A stretch of DNA of 60,514 nt from Candidatus Micrarchaeota archaeon (lineage in GTDB: Archaea; Micrarchaeota; Micrarchaeia; Micrarchaeales; CABMGC01), in contig JAJYED010000003.1 in assembly GCA_021790305.1 (NCBI GenBank), positions 1-60,514 of the forward strand, read 5' to 3'. The translations under genes were made by a program, and so were the position numbers. A model generated the notes under the pieces. That model did no database searches. It saw only the letters and a list, made by a program, of their open reading frames with translations, and was not told where the DNA came from. Below, in pieces: positions 27,432 through 36,736 of this stretch. Positions within the stretch are counted from its first letter, which is position 1. Each line of letters begins with the position of its first letter.

Positions 27432-28121
27432 TTATTTCTCCTTCTTTTCCTCTCTTGCATATCTCTCTTCCACTGATACGTTCTTCACATCATCCATCAG
27501 TCTGAATATCGCACTTACCATGGCTGACTTGTTTATGAAGTAGTCTGCGTCCTTGTTTACCTTGTCTCCGAATACTACCTTTACTGCTGCTCTCTCGCTC
27601 TGTGCCTCATCTGGCTTGAGCGCGTACATTTCAGCTATCGAGTCTACCTTCTCTTTCTCGGAATCCAGCTTCTTCACTACAGTAATGTCGTATACCAGCT
27701 TCTCTCCTGCAAGCGGATGGTTTGCATCTACTACCACTCTCGCTGAGTTGACGCTCTTTACAGTTACTGCAGTACCGTCTATGTTCACGCGCATGCCAGG
27801 AACCGGGTTTATATCACGCTCCCTGAAATCCGATAGCTTCATGACCCGTACAAGATCCTCGCTCCGCTCTCCGAAGGCATCCTTAGGCTCTATCTCTACG
27901 GTCTTCTGCTGGCTTACCGTCATACCCTTTACCGCATCCTCTACGCCCTTGATTGCGTTGTTCTTGCCTATCACTATCAGCTGCGGGCCGTATCTGCCCT
28001 CTTCTTCGAATACACCTTCTTCCTTTGCTCTCTTCTCCATTGTAGTATAGACTATGCTCTTGTCTGACGCTCTGCGTGCAGTATAGTCTATAGTTACAAA
28101 ATCTCCGTTTGTAAACGGCAT
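27432..28121 (-). CDS. FKBP-type peptidyl-prolyl cis-trans isomerase (long archaeal type with insert-in-flap domain)
   Basis: GDFVTIDYTAR..., VVDANHPLAGEKLVYDITVVK. Confidence 0.85.
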   Translation of the reverse strand: MPFTNGDFVTIDYTARRASDKSIVYTTMEKRAKEEGVFEEEGRYGPQLIVIGKNNAIKGVEDAVKGMTVSQQKTVEIEPKDAFGERSEDLVRVMKLSDFRERDINPVPGMRVNIDGTAVTVKSVNSARVVVDANHPLAGEKLVYDITVVKKLDSEKEKVDSIAEMYALKPDEAQSERAAVKVVFGDKVNKDADYFINKSAMVSAIFRLMDDVKNVSVEERYAREEKKEK

Positions 28122-28185
28122 AAAATCACACTACTATTATATGATTCATATTTAAAAGGTATTGGCATAATATGCAATAGATTAC

Positions 28186-28791
28186 ATGGACAGGAAAAAG
28201 ATGATTGAATTTATAGGAGCACTGTTCGTAGCGGTCATATTCTTGACATCGTATGCCGCTTTCTCGGGCAACAGCTCTAGAAATACTACAAGCACCTCCA
28301 GCACTGTTGCCACATATTATGCAGTGGGCAGCACGAATGCAGCCATAACGGGATATAACAGTACCTTATTTGTTAACGTAAGCTGCAATGGAACTCTTCA
28401 GAACCAGACAGTTGATAAGATAAATGCAGTTGCCACGCAGCTGGAGAACAACGGCTCCGTACTGACTTATTCATCTTCTGGAAACAGCTTCCAGATAGGC
28501 CCGCAGAATATGAATTCCAAGAAGATATATGATTACATTTATACAAAGCTTGACTCCAACAGCACGAACTGCACCGTATTCAGCACAACTGCAACTGTGG
28601 AGCTTCCGGGCCTCATACAGATGGACATCCAGGGGCAGAGCATAACGGCAAATGTGCCTTACAGCGTTGCTTTGCAGCAGATTAGCCTGAAGCTGAACCA
28701 GTCGATGCCTTCTTCGCTTCCGCTAAGGGTAGCTGCACTTGTGACTGCTAACGGAACTGTATATGGCAGTCCTTCAATCACCAGGGAGTAA
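28186..28791 (+). CDS. N-terminally membrane-anchored extracellular protein, sequon-rich, unknown function
   Basis: N-terminal KKMIEFIGALFVAVIFLTSYAAF hydrophobic helix. I count 11 N-x-S/T sequons in 201 aa. Confidence 0.5.
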   Translation: MDRKKMIEFIGALFVAVIFLTSYAAFSGNSSRNTTSTSSTVATYYAVGSTNAAITGYNSTLFVNVSCNGTLQNQTVDKINAVATQLENNGSVLTYSSSGNSFQIGPQNMNSKKIYDYIYTKLDSNSTNCTVFSTTATVELPGLIQMDIQGQSITANVPYSVALQQISLKLNQSMPSSLPLRVAALVTANGTVYGSPSITRE

Positions 28792-28792
28792 G

Positions 28793-30502
28793 ATGGATGA
28801 CTTATCACGTGCGGTAAGGAAGTATGCTCTGAAGAATGCAGTGGAGCACGGAAGCGCACGTGAGTCAACGGTGCTTGCCAAGGTCCTCTCCCTGGATCCT
28901 GAGCTGAAGAAGGATATGAAGGCGCTTGCAATGCAGGTAGCGTCTGTAGTGAAGGAGATAAACGCAATGGACAAAGGCTCATTGCAGAAAGCTTATTCCG
29001 AATACGAGGAAGAATTTGAGAAGGAGCATTCTGAGAAAGCTGCAAAGAGCGCATCACACAACTTTTATGTGGAAGGGGCAGTAGAAGGAAATTTCAAGAC
29101 AAGGTTTGCGCCTGAACCCAGCGGTTATATGCACATAGGCCATGCAAAAGCCGCCTTCATAGAGATGGAACTTGCAAGGGTATACAAGGGCAGCGTAAGC
29201 CTCTATTTCGATGATACTAATCCTGCAAAGGAGAGGCAGGAGTTTGTTGACGCTTTGAAGAAGGATTCAAAATGGCTCGGGCTCTCTTTTTCAGACGAGT
29301 ATTACGCAAGCGATAACATAGAATATGAATACAAGTGTGCAGAGAAGCTGATAAAGAAAGGTCATGCGTATGTCTGCTTCTGCAATGCTGACACTATCGG
29401 GGAGAAGAGAAGCGAGGGCAAAGGGTGCGGACACAGGAACCAGACCGAAGATGCGAACCTCAGTTTCTGGAAGAATATGATAAAGGGAGAGTATGATGAG
29501 AATCAGGTATCGCTGAGGTTCAAGGGGGATATGCAGGCGCTTAACACTGTAATGAGAGACCCGGTACTGTTCAGGATAAAGAAGGATATTCACTACAGGC
29601 AGGGAGGCACGTATGTAGCGTGGCCTTCTTACGATTTCAATACTCCGATAGTCGATTCCATTAAGGAAGTAACGCATGCTGCAAGGAGCAAGGAGTATGA
29701 GTTGAGGGATGAGCTCTACTATAAGCTATTGGACCTTCTTGAGATGAGGAAGCCGAGGATAATAGAGTTCTCAAGGTTCGAGATAATCAACAATATGACA
29801 AGCAAGAGGAATACCAACAAGCTCATTGAGGATGGATTTGTCTCAGGATATGATGATCCCAGGCTCGTAACCATATCTGCTCTCCGCAAGAGAGGGATAA
29901 GGCCTGAGGCTATACGTGATTTTGTCCTTAGGTCAGGAATGAGCAAGTCTGAGAGCAGGTCAAGCATGGAGGAGCTCCTTGCATTAAACAGAAGGATTAT
30001 TGACGATAGTTCGAAGAGGCTTTTCTTTGTAAGAGAACCGGTCAGGCTTGAGGTCGCCGGTGTTGATAAGATTGATATTAAACTTCCCCTGCATCCCAAT
30101 ATTGATATGGGCTACAGAGAGTATAGATGCGGCAGTGCTTATTACATAGATAGTAATGATGCCGATGCGCTTAAAGCTGGAGATATGGCGAGACTGAAAG
30201 GAGCCTTCAACATAAAGATAACAGAAGTAAATGATGAGCTGATAAAAGGAGAGTACAAAGGAACGGAGAAGATTGACGCACTTATAATTCAGTGGGTTTC
30301 CGAGGGCAATTTCATGCAGTCAGACCTAACTTTGATAGGAGATCTGCTCAAGGATGATGAATTCAATAGGAACAGCATGATAAAGGTAAACGGGTATGCG
30401 GAGGGCTATGCATCCGGACTTAAGGACAATGATACGGTTCAGTTCGAGAGAATAGGCTTCTTCAAGTTCGACGCTAAGGAGAGAACCTTCTTTTCCTTAT
30501 AA
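28793..30502 (+). CDS. gltX: Glutamyl-tRNA synthetase (archaeal/eukaryotic type)
   Basis: HIGH-type motif PSGYMHIGHAKAA and KMSKS-type MTSKR. Start taken at ATG 28793 (MDDLSRAV), directly after the upstream stop. Confidence 0.9.
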   Translation: MDDLSRAVRKYALKNAVEHGSARESTVLAKVLSLDPELKKDMKALAMQVASVVKEINAMDKGSLQKAYSEYEEEFEKEHSEKAAKSASHNFYVEGAVEGNFKTRFAPEPSGYMHIGHAKAAFIEMELARVYKGSVSLYFDDTNPAKERQEFVDALKKDSKWLGLSFSDEYYASDNIEYEYKCAEKLIKKGHAYVCFCNADTIGEKRSEGKGCGHRNQTEDANLSFWKNMIKGEYDENQVSLRFKGDMQALNTVMRDPVLFRIKKDIHYRQGGTYVAWPSYDFNTPIVDSIKEVTHAARSKEYELRDELYYKLLDLLEMRKPRIIEFSRFEIINNMTSKRNTNKLIEDGFVSGYDDPRLVTISALRKRGIRPEAIRDFVLRSGMSKSESRSSMEELLALNRRIIDDSSKRLFFVREPVRLEVAGVDKIDIKLPLHPNIDMGYREYRCGSAYYIDSNDADALKAGDMARLKGAFNIKITEVNDELIKGEYKGTEKIDALIIQWVSEGNFMQSDLTLIGDLLKDDEFNRNSMIKVNGYAEGYASGLKDNDTVQFERIGFFKFDAKERTFFSL

Positions 30503-30542
30503 TTCAGGAAAAGTTTTTAGTTTTTAACGAATATGCTATATT

Positions 30543-31202
30543 ATGGAACTTGATAACATAGTGTGGCTTGGACATGCCTCTTTTGCCATAAGGGCAGACA
30601 GCAAGTTAATATATATAGATCCTTTCAGGCTCGGTTCTTTCACTGAGCATGCTGATATAATACTGGTCACGCATCCGCATTTCGACCACTTCAGCGTAGA
30701 GGAGATAAATAAGATAGCAAAGGATGATACGGAGATATTTGTACCTAAGGATTCGATGCAGGAAGTGAAAGTAGGTAAAGTTTCAGGTGTTGAACCGTTA
30801 AAGAGCTACTCTTCTAACGGGATAAGATTCACGACACTTCCTGCTTACAATAACCAGAAGGAACGAGTGCAGTTCCATCCCAGGTCAAACGGGTGGGTAA
30901 GCTACATGATAGAGGTTAATGGGATTAAGATCTTCCATCCTGGGGATACAGACCATGTAAAAGAGATGGACACTCTTGATGTTGATGTTGCCATGCTGCC
31001 AATAGGAGGCACATACACAATGGACGTATATCAGGCTATAGAAGCCGCTAAGAGGATAAAGGCAAAGACATTCGTACCTATGCACTATAAAGCCGTCCTT
31101 GGAAAGGAAAAAGCGGCTGAAGCCGAGCAGAGATTCCTTAAGAACGTGAAGAACAGCGTGCTGCTGAAAGAAGCTACTGAACCTTACTACTCTTTTGGCT
31201 GA
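30543..31202 (+). CDS. Metallo-beta-lactamase-fold hydrolase
   Basis: VTHPHFDH metal-binding motif, HPGDTDH. Confidence 0.75.
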   Translation: MELDNIVWLGHASFAIRADSKLIYIDPFRLGSFTEHADIILVTHPHFDHFSVEEINKIAKDDTEIFVPKDSMQEVKVGKVSGVEPLKSYSSNGIRFTTLPAYNNQKERVQFHPRSNGWVSYMIEVNGIKIFHPGDTDHVKEMDTLDVDVAMLPIGGTYTMDVYQAIEAAKRIKAKTFVPMHYKAVLGKEKAAEAEQRFLKNVKNSVLLKEATEPYYSFG

Positions 31203-31971
31203 CAAGAGGCAGTATCTCCCTTGCAGTTGATAATATTTCTTCAGGACTCATTGCAAAGAGCCTCGATTCGTTATTCCTGAGCTTTTCGGACATGCTTGAT
31301 GCATCATCTTTGGTAATCCCTAGGGAATGCCTTGAGTCTATGAATGCGTTTCGCAGTCTCTTCTTCTTGTGCTGCATCAGCAGGTTTATGATATGCGATT
31401 CTTCCCCGGTTATCTCGGTCTTTAATGGCTTTAGATATATTACTGCAGAATCTACCCGCGGTATAGGAGTGAAATTACCCTTCTTTACGTCGAGTATTTT
31501 TGTCACGCGGACGCACAGATGCGACATTACACTAAGCCGCGAGTAATCCTTTGTGCCGGGCTCTGCAAGCATATGCTCTACGAACTCTTTCTGCAGACAC
31601 AGAACTGCCTGCAGCCTGTTCTCTATAAGGAACTCGATGACCTTGCTGGACAGGTTGTATGGAACGTTTGCAACCATGATGTCTATCTTGTATTTTTCAA
31701 GCACACTGTTACCGAGTTTGAAGAAATCCGCATTTATCAGTTCAAGGTTTTTATCCTTCATTGTTGCAGCGAGTATTTTGTATAAGGTTTCATCCTTTTC
31801 CACTGCCAGTACGAACTTTGCCTTTTCACAAAGTTTCTTTGTCAGTATTCCCCTTCCCGGCCCCAGCTCTATTACATTCTTCCCCTCAGCATGAACTGCT
31901 TCTATCTCGGCTATGTGTTCATTCACAAGGAATACCTGTCCCAGTTTCTTTTTTGGCCTTGGACCCAGCAT
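31174..31971 (-). CDS. ksgA: 16S/18S rRNA dimethyladenosine transferase (KsgA/Dim1)
   Basis: LGQVFLVN, SAM-binding IELGPGRGILT, VANVPYNLSS. 29-bp convergent overlap with the MBL gene. Confidence 0.9.
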   Translation of the reverse strand: MLGPRPKKKLGQVFLVNEHIAEIEAVHAEGKNVIELGPGRGILTKKLCEKAKFVLAVEKDETLYKILAATMKDKNLELINADFFKLGNSVLEKYKIDIMVANVPYNLSSKVIEFLIENRLQAVLCLQKEFVEHMLAEPGTKDYSRLSVMSHLCVRVTKILDVKKGNFTPIPRVDSAVIYLKPLKTEITGEESHIINLLMQHKKKRLRNAFIDSRHSLGITKDDASSMSEKLRNNESRLFAMSPEEILSTAREILPLVSQKSSKVQ

Positions 31972-32035
31972 TTGAAAACCGATTAAAGCAGTAATATAAA
32001 CTGTTATTATTAATTAATAAGTGTGCGGTAATGAA

Positions 32036-33355
32036 ATGAAGGGCCAATCTGCTATAGAATTCATAACAGTATATGGGTTTATGCTGATAATTGCTGCGCT
32101 TTTCATAGCTCTGATAGTTTTGTTCGCCTTCTCGGCCCAGGATTCGATACAGACCTCGCAATGCAGCGGCTACTCTGGTTTATATTGCACTAGCGCGCAG
32201 GTAGCGTATAATGTCGTTGCCAGAAATTCCTTAGTATACTTAGCGCTTGACAGCGAACAGAGCGCTCCGGTAAATATCATCGGGATAAATGTCATAATAA
32301 ATAATGCGACTTATGCAGGAACCTGTAATCCGACTATTGCTGCTCCTGCAGAGCGTGTAAACTGCACAATAGGAGTTAACTCCATAACTAGGAATGGACA
32401 GCAGATAGTCGGTTCTTATACCATAAACGGGCAGTACTGCAACTCTCCTGTGTACAACGTCTCAGTAGAAGCATGCGCATACCAGAATGTGACGTATACG
32501 GGCTTCTTTTCCACATATGTTACCAACCACCTTAGCTTAGGTTATACGAATTATATCGTCCCTGCAAACGTAGTTGGAGTAGTAAGCGGAAGCTTCTGTT
32601 GCGTTGAAGGAATCGCGTTTGCACCTTCAGGAAGCTACGCATATGCTACCGAATTTAACACAAATAGGCTGGCAATAATAAACACGGCAACGAACTCGTT
32701 AAAAAATACCATAAGTCCTGGCTTAAACGTCCCTTATGGTGTTGCCTTTGTTCCTTCCGGAGATTATGCATATGTAGCTAACTTGAATTTTGGAGGTTTT
32801 CCTTATATAAGCGTTGTAGATACTGCAACAGAGACCCAGACAGGGAAGATTAATATCGAGGGAGTTAACCTGCTGCTGCTTGAAGGGGTGGCCGTTTCGC
32901 CTAACGGAGCTAATGCATGGTTAAGCGGATATGGAAATGTTTTAGAGCTCAATACTGCAACCAATACGATGACCCAGACTAGCACAGACATATCTAGTAG
33001 TGGATTAGTGGTTAGCCCTGATGGGCAGTATGTCTACGTAATAGACCTGGGCACGGAAGATATACTGAAGATAAGCACCACGACTGGAGATGTCGTAAGT
33101 TCTATCGGTTCTAGTATGATAGACAATCCCAGTGGTATCGCAATAACCCCTGATGGAAAGTATTTGTATCTGGCAAATACTGACTCAAATCAAGTATTAA
33201 TAATAAGTACAGCGACAGGCAATGTTATCAGTACGATTAACAATGGTTTCAGTCACCCTTCAGGAATAGCCATTGCGCCTGGAGGCTCCTACGGATATGT
33301 AGGTAATCCCGGATCTAGCAATGTGGTTATAATAGATACAGGGGGCTATAATTAG
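32036..33355 (+). CDS. Type IV pilin-like (class III signal peptide) protein fused to a YVTN beta-propeller
   Basis: N-terminus MKG/QSAIEFITVYGFMLIIAALFIALIVLF, with Glu at +5 after the predicted Gly cleavage site. The C-terminal half has blades such as IAFAPSGSYAYATEFNTNRLAIINTATN, VAFVPSGDYAYVANL, IAITPDGKYLYLANTDSNQVLIISTATG, IAIAPGGSYGYVGNPGSSNVVIID. Confidence 0.75.
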   Translation: MKGQSAIEFITVYGFMLIIAALFIALIVLFAFSAQDSIQTSQCSGYSGLYCTSAQVAYNVVARNSLVYLALDSEQSAPVNIIGINVIINNATYAGTCNPTIAAPAERVNCTIGVNSITRNGQQIVGSYTINGQYCNSPVYNVSVEACAYQNVTYTGFFSTYVTNHLSLGYTNYIVPANVVGVVSGSFCCVEGIAFAPSGSYAYATEFNTNRLAIINTATNSLKNTISPGLNVPYGVAFVPSGDYAYVANLNFGGFPYISVVDTATETQTGKINIEGVNLLLLEGVAVSPNGANAWLSGYGNVLELNTATNTMTQTSTDISSSGLVVSPDGQYVYVIDLGTEDILKISTTTGDVVSSIGSSMIDNPSGIAITPDGKYLYLANTDSNQVLIISTATGNVISTINNGFSHPSGIAIAPGGSYGYVGNPGSSNVVIIDTGGYN

Positions 33356-33391
33356 TACTTAGAGGTACTTAGCTGCAATTTCTAGACAGCT

Positions 33392-34060
33392 TTACCTTGA
33401 CATACTGGAGATTATGCTGCGGTACGTGGATCTTTTCTTTTCTATAGTCTTTATCCTGTTTGTCCTGCGGCTTGCGATCCTCTTAAGCTTTACCGCTTTC
33501 TTTTTCCTGAAGAACTTGAATAATCCTGATTCTGTCACCTTTATCTCGTAATTCACCCTGCTCATGAAATCGGAATGCTTCTGGAGCAGATTGTCATAAT
33601 AGACCGCCTTCCTGTTTATGTCTGATGAGAAATTGTCATAGTATTTTGCTATTGAGCTTACGCTTCGTGATTTGCAGGTTAGACCTATCAGGAGTAGAAT
33701 TGCAAGGTCATTGCCGAATACAGAGGAATAACCTACTGCAAGAGCCTCTATATGTTTCAGGTAGTCTTTCGTATCGTTTCTGGACATTGTCTTTGTATTT
33801 GCTATCACATTCGGCATGCAGAATATTTCGTAATCGTAGTTGTTCAATATGCCTTTAACATTTGAGATATGAGTGTCGAGCTGGTCCTTCACCTCCTTGC
33901 TTTGCTGCCTTCCTGTTCCCAGTTCAGTCTCCCATCTTCTCCTTATTATATCCTTGAGAGCCGCTTTTTCCAGGCTCACCTTCTCCTGAGGCAGATTAAC
34001 GCTAGTTCCTTCTCTGATCGCCAAACAACCACTTGCCCTCGTACCCTTAAAACGAAACAA
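33392..34060 (-). CDS. Hypothetical protein with very basic C-terminus, immediately downstream of the TPR-AAA gene
   Basis: ORF only, with no recognisable motif. C-terminal FRKKKAVKLKRIASRRTNRIKTIEKKRSTYR. The ORF-track start is TTG, so the start is uncertain. Confidence 0.4.
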   Translation of the reverse strand: MFRFKGTRASGCLAIREGTSVNLPQEKVSLEKAALKDIIRRRWETELGTGRQQSKEVKDQLDTHISNVKGILNNYDYEIFCMPNVIANTKTMSRNDTKDYLKHIEALAVGYSSVFGNDLAILLLIGLTCKSRSVSSIAKYYDNFSSDINRKAVYYDNLLQKHSDFMSRVNYEIKVTESGLFKFFRKKKAVKLKRIASRRTNRIKTIEKKRSTYRSIISSMSR

Positions 34061-34097
34061 ACTCTCAAGTTAATATTTTAAATATATGTGTAACGGT

Positions 34098-36677
34098 TCA
34101 GAACAGGTATATTGCGAACTGCCTGATGAATCTCTTGATTCCCTGATAAAATGGATTGGAATTCCTCTTCACGTCCTTGACCAACGGGCTGTATTTGCGC
34201 TTCTCTTCTGCAGAGAGCTGGCCTTCTTTTACTATCTCCTGCTTCTTGCCATCTACTATCTGCGTCTCGGTCTTTGATATTATCTCTTTCTTCATCATCG
34301 CATACCATTCATCAAGAGAATTCCCCTTCCTCTTAATCATGCTGATGAAATCCGACATCTGTATCTTTCTCCTCTTGCCTGTCCTATCCTCTTCTGCAGC
34401 GGGAATCAACGCTGCCTTGTCGCATATCTCTTCTATATCTGCCTGCGAGAAACCCATAGTAGCCCTTGCCAGCCTGTCATAGGACATGTGACCCAGAGGC
34501 ATGTTCCTTGTATTATAGATGAACGCGCTCTTCCTTGTCTTGTAATCTGGAGGAGGTATGTATATGGATTCGCCGAATCTCTTGCTCCTCTTGAGCGCAG
34601 GGTCTATGTCCCAAGGCTGGTTTGTTGCGCCTATGACGAATATCCCTTCGGGATTCTTCTCCACTCCGTCCATCTCCTGTAGGAACTGGTTGACCGCCAT
34701 GCGCATGAAGCTCTGGTTCTCACCACCGCCTCCGCCCGATCTCTTCGTCCCAAGGGCATCAAGCTCGTCAAAGAATATTACTACAGGAGTATTTGCCCTC
34801 GCCTGTTCGAATATCGCATGCATGTTTTTCTCCGTGTTTCCTGCATACATGTCCACTATCTCGTTAATCGCTGCGATTATGACCTTCGATTTTGTCTCTC
34901 CCCCTATCGCGTTCACGAAATATGTGTTATGCACAAAGAATTCGTTTGCTACAAAGTTATGCGTGTCTTCAACTGTTAAGTCATATACATATTCAGGAGC
35001 AGGCAATTTTTCTATTTTCACTATCTCTTCGTAGACTACCCTGTTTCCCCCTTTCTTCTTAACCTTTCCCCAATGATTCTTGCGTTTAGTCAAAACTCCT
35101 GCTTTACTGCCAAACATTCCTATCTCATCTATGAATATGTCTACGTCTCTGCTTCTTGATACGATGAGTGACCAGTTTGATTCGGTTTTGTGGTATAGAT
35201 TCGATAATATACCGAAACGCAAAAGCAGGTGCTGCACATCTCTTACGAGCCGTTCCGAATTGCTCGAATATCCCACAATTCTTGTTCTCTTGATGCCGTA
35301 GATTCCTGTCTGGGGTTTTTTCTCTTCAAACCATCCGTCTCCGGTAAACAGCCTATTCAGGAAGAGCGCAAGAAGATGCTTTGGAAGCGTATATATTATG
35401 TCAGGAACTTTCTTCTCATACGAACTAGTGTAGGATAGGCCGGCATTGTCAAGGAACTGCTGCATTTTGTTTCTTTCCTGACCGCCAGTATGGTTTCCGT
35501 TTACATACATAGTCATTATTCTTCCATCCTTAGACTGGATGTTTACATGCAATACAGAATCAAACTGCCTTACCGAGGATTGAAAGTCTTCAAGAACCTC
35601 TATGTCACCATTTGTGAATGCAGCTTTCCCCTGCGTAAGTCCGCCTTCAGTTATGAAGTATGCAAGAAGCTTTACTTCGCACTCTCTCATCGTTGTGGAT
35701 CCGAAGATAGGCATATCTCGTGGAACCCCTATAAATTCCCCTTCATCAAGCTTGCTGGCCTCCATCCATTCTCCCTTTTTGGTGAGCAGAGGGTGTTCAG
35801 GAGTGCATTCGAGCACTCTGTTCCTGTTCGTAGTTATCTTCAGCAAAGGCTTGCCTTCAAGCTTCCACCATCCTGAGACCTTCCTCACAGCGAGTTTGTG
35901 CTGCGGGGTAAGAGTAAGTATATTAGGTTCCCTGTTTTCAACGACCTCCTTTATTGTAAGGTACCTGCCGTCAGGAAGAAGTACGCGGCTGTCTGCGCTT
36001 ATGCACTTCCCGCAACCTGGCGGACCATAGAATATAACGCCGAGACCCAGCTTCTTACCGTATGCCTTGAGCAGCTCAGGCTTCTTTATGGCAAGAACTA
36101 TGTTCTCGTATATCAGCTTCTTCTCCTTCTTCATTCCGACTACGTCGTCGAAATTTATCTTCGACTGGTGCCACTTCACCTTCTTTATCTGCCCTTCCTC
36201 CACTACAGTGGATTTTGAACCGGTTGAGTTGTCTTCCTGGTTAGGGCTGTCATTGACAAGGACCTTGTCCTTCTTATCTTCAAGGGCTTCAAGCCTTGTC
36301 TTTGCCTGCTCATAGTCAGGATTCTTCGACAGTGCCTTTTCATACCACTCTTTGGCTCCCTGATAATCCTTCTGGTACTCCGCTATTATGCCCATTATGT
36401 AAGGTGCATCGTGGCTGTCCGGCTCAAGTTCCAATACCTTCTCGGCATCGCGGAGCGCATCTTCATACTTGTTAAGTATGGCATATGCCAGCGCCCTGTT
36501 GAAGTATGCGCTTGCATACTCCGGGTCCTGCTTTATCGCCTTTGAATACTGTTCTATCGCCTCTTCAAATTCATTGTTCTCGAAGAGGGTTCCTGCCTTT
36601 TTGTAAGTCTCCTTGGCAGCAGGGCTTGGAACATGCTTGCTTGTAGTAGAAGTATCTGTTGAGTCGCCGGCTGCCAT
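34098..36677 (-). CDS. TPR-repeat AAA ATPase (Vps4/katanin-like AAA module) interrupted by an intein in the Walker A motif
   Basis: Three N-terminal TPRs (AIEQYSKAIKQDPEYASAYFNRALAY...). Walker A GPPGCGK|..|T split by the intein. Walker B VVIFFDELD. GATNQPWDIDPALKRSKRFGESIYIPPPD. Start taken at ATG 36677. Confidence 0.85.
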   Translation of the reverse strand: MAAGDSTDTSTTSKHVPSPAAKETYKKAGTLFENNEFEEAIEQYSKAIKQDPEYASAYFNRALAYAILNKYEDALRDAEKVLELEPDSHDAPYIMGIIAEYQKDYQGAKEWYEKALSKNPDYEQAKTRLEALEDKKDKVLVNDSPNQEDNSTGSKSTVVEEGQIKKVKWHQSKINFDDVVGMKKEKKLIYENIVLAIKKPELLKAYGKKLGLGVIFYGPPGCGKCISADSRVLLPDGRYLTIKEVVENREPNILTLTPQHKLAVRKVSGWWKLEGKPLLKITTNRNRVLECTPEHPLLTKKGEWMEASKLDEGEFIGVPRDMPIFGSTTMRECEVKLLAYFITEGGLTQGKAAFTNGDIEVLEDFQSSVRQFDSVLHVNIQSKDGRIMTMYVNGNHTGGQERNKMQQFLDNAGLSYTSSYEKKVPDIIYTLPKHLLALFLNRLFTGDGWFEEKKPQTGIYGIKRTRIVGYSSNSERLVRDVQHLLLRFGILSNLYHKTESNWSLIVSRSRDVDIFIDEIGMFGSKAGVLTKRKNHWGKVKKKGGNRVVYEEIVKIEKLPAPEYVYDLTVEDTHNFVANEFFVHNTYFVNAIGGETKSKVIIAAINEIVDMYAGNTEKNMHAIFEQARANTPVVIFFDELDALGTKRSGGGGGENQSFMRMAVNQFLQEMDGVEKNPEGIFVIGATNQPWDIDPALKRSKRFGESIYIPPPDYKTRKSAFIYNTRNMPLGHMSYDRLARATMGFSQADIEEICDKAALIPAAEEDRTGKRRKIQMSDFISMIKRKGNSLDEWYAMMKKEIISKTETQIVDGKKQEIVKEGQLSAEEKRKYSPLVKDVKRNSNPFYQGIKRFIRQFAIYLF
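34926..36005 (-). mobile_element. Intein (360 aa) with LAGLIDADG homing-endonuclease domain
   Basis: Block A CISADSRVLLPDG (Cys1 codon 36003-36005). Block B TPEH. LAGLIDADG motifs LLAYFITEGG and LFLNRLFTGDGW. Blocks F/G VYDLTVEDTHNFVANEFFVHN (Asn codon 34926-34928) followed by +1 Thr. Removal restores GPPGCGKT. Confidence 0.9.
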
Positions 36678-36736
36678 AAATATCACTTTTAGATATAAGG
36701 GTATCCAGATTTATATTTGTTGGTTATAACACGCAG

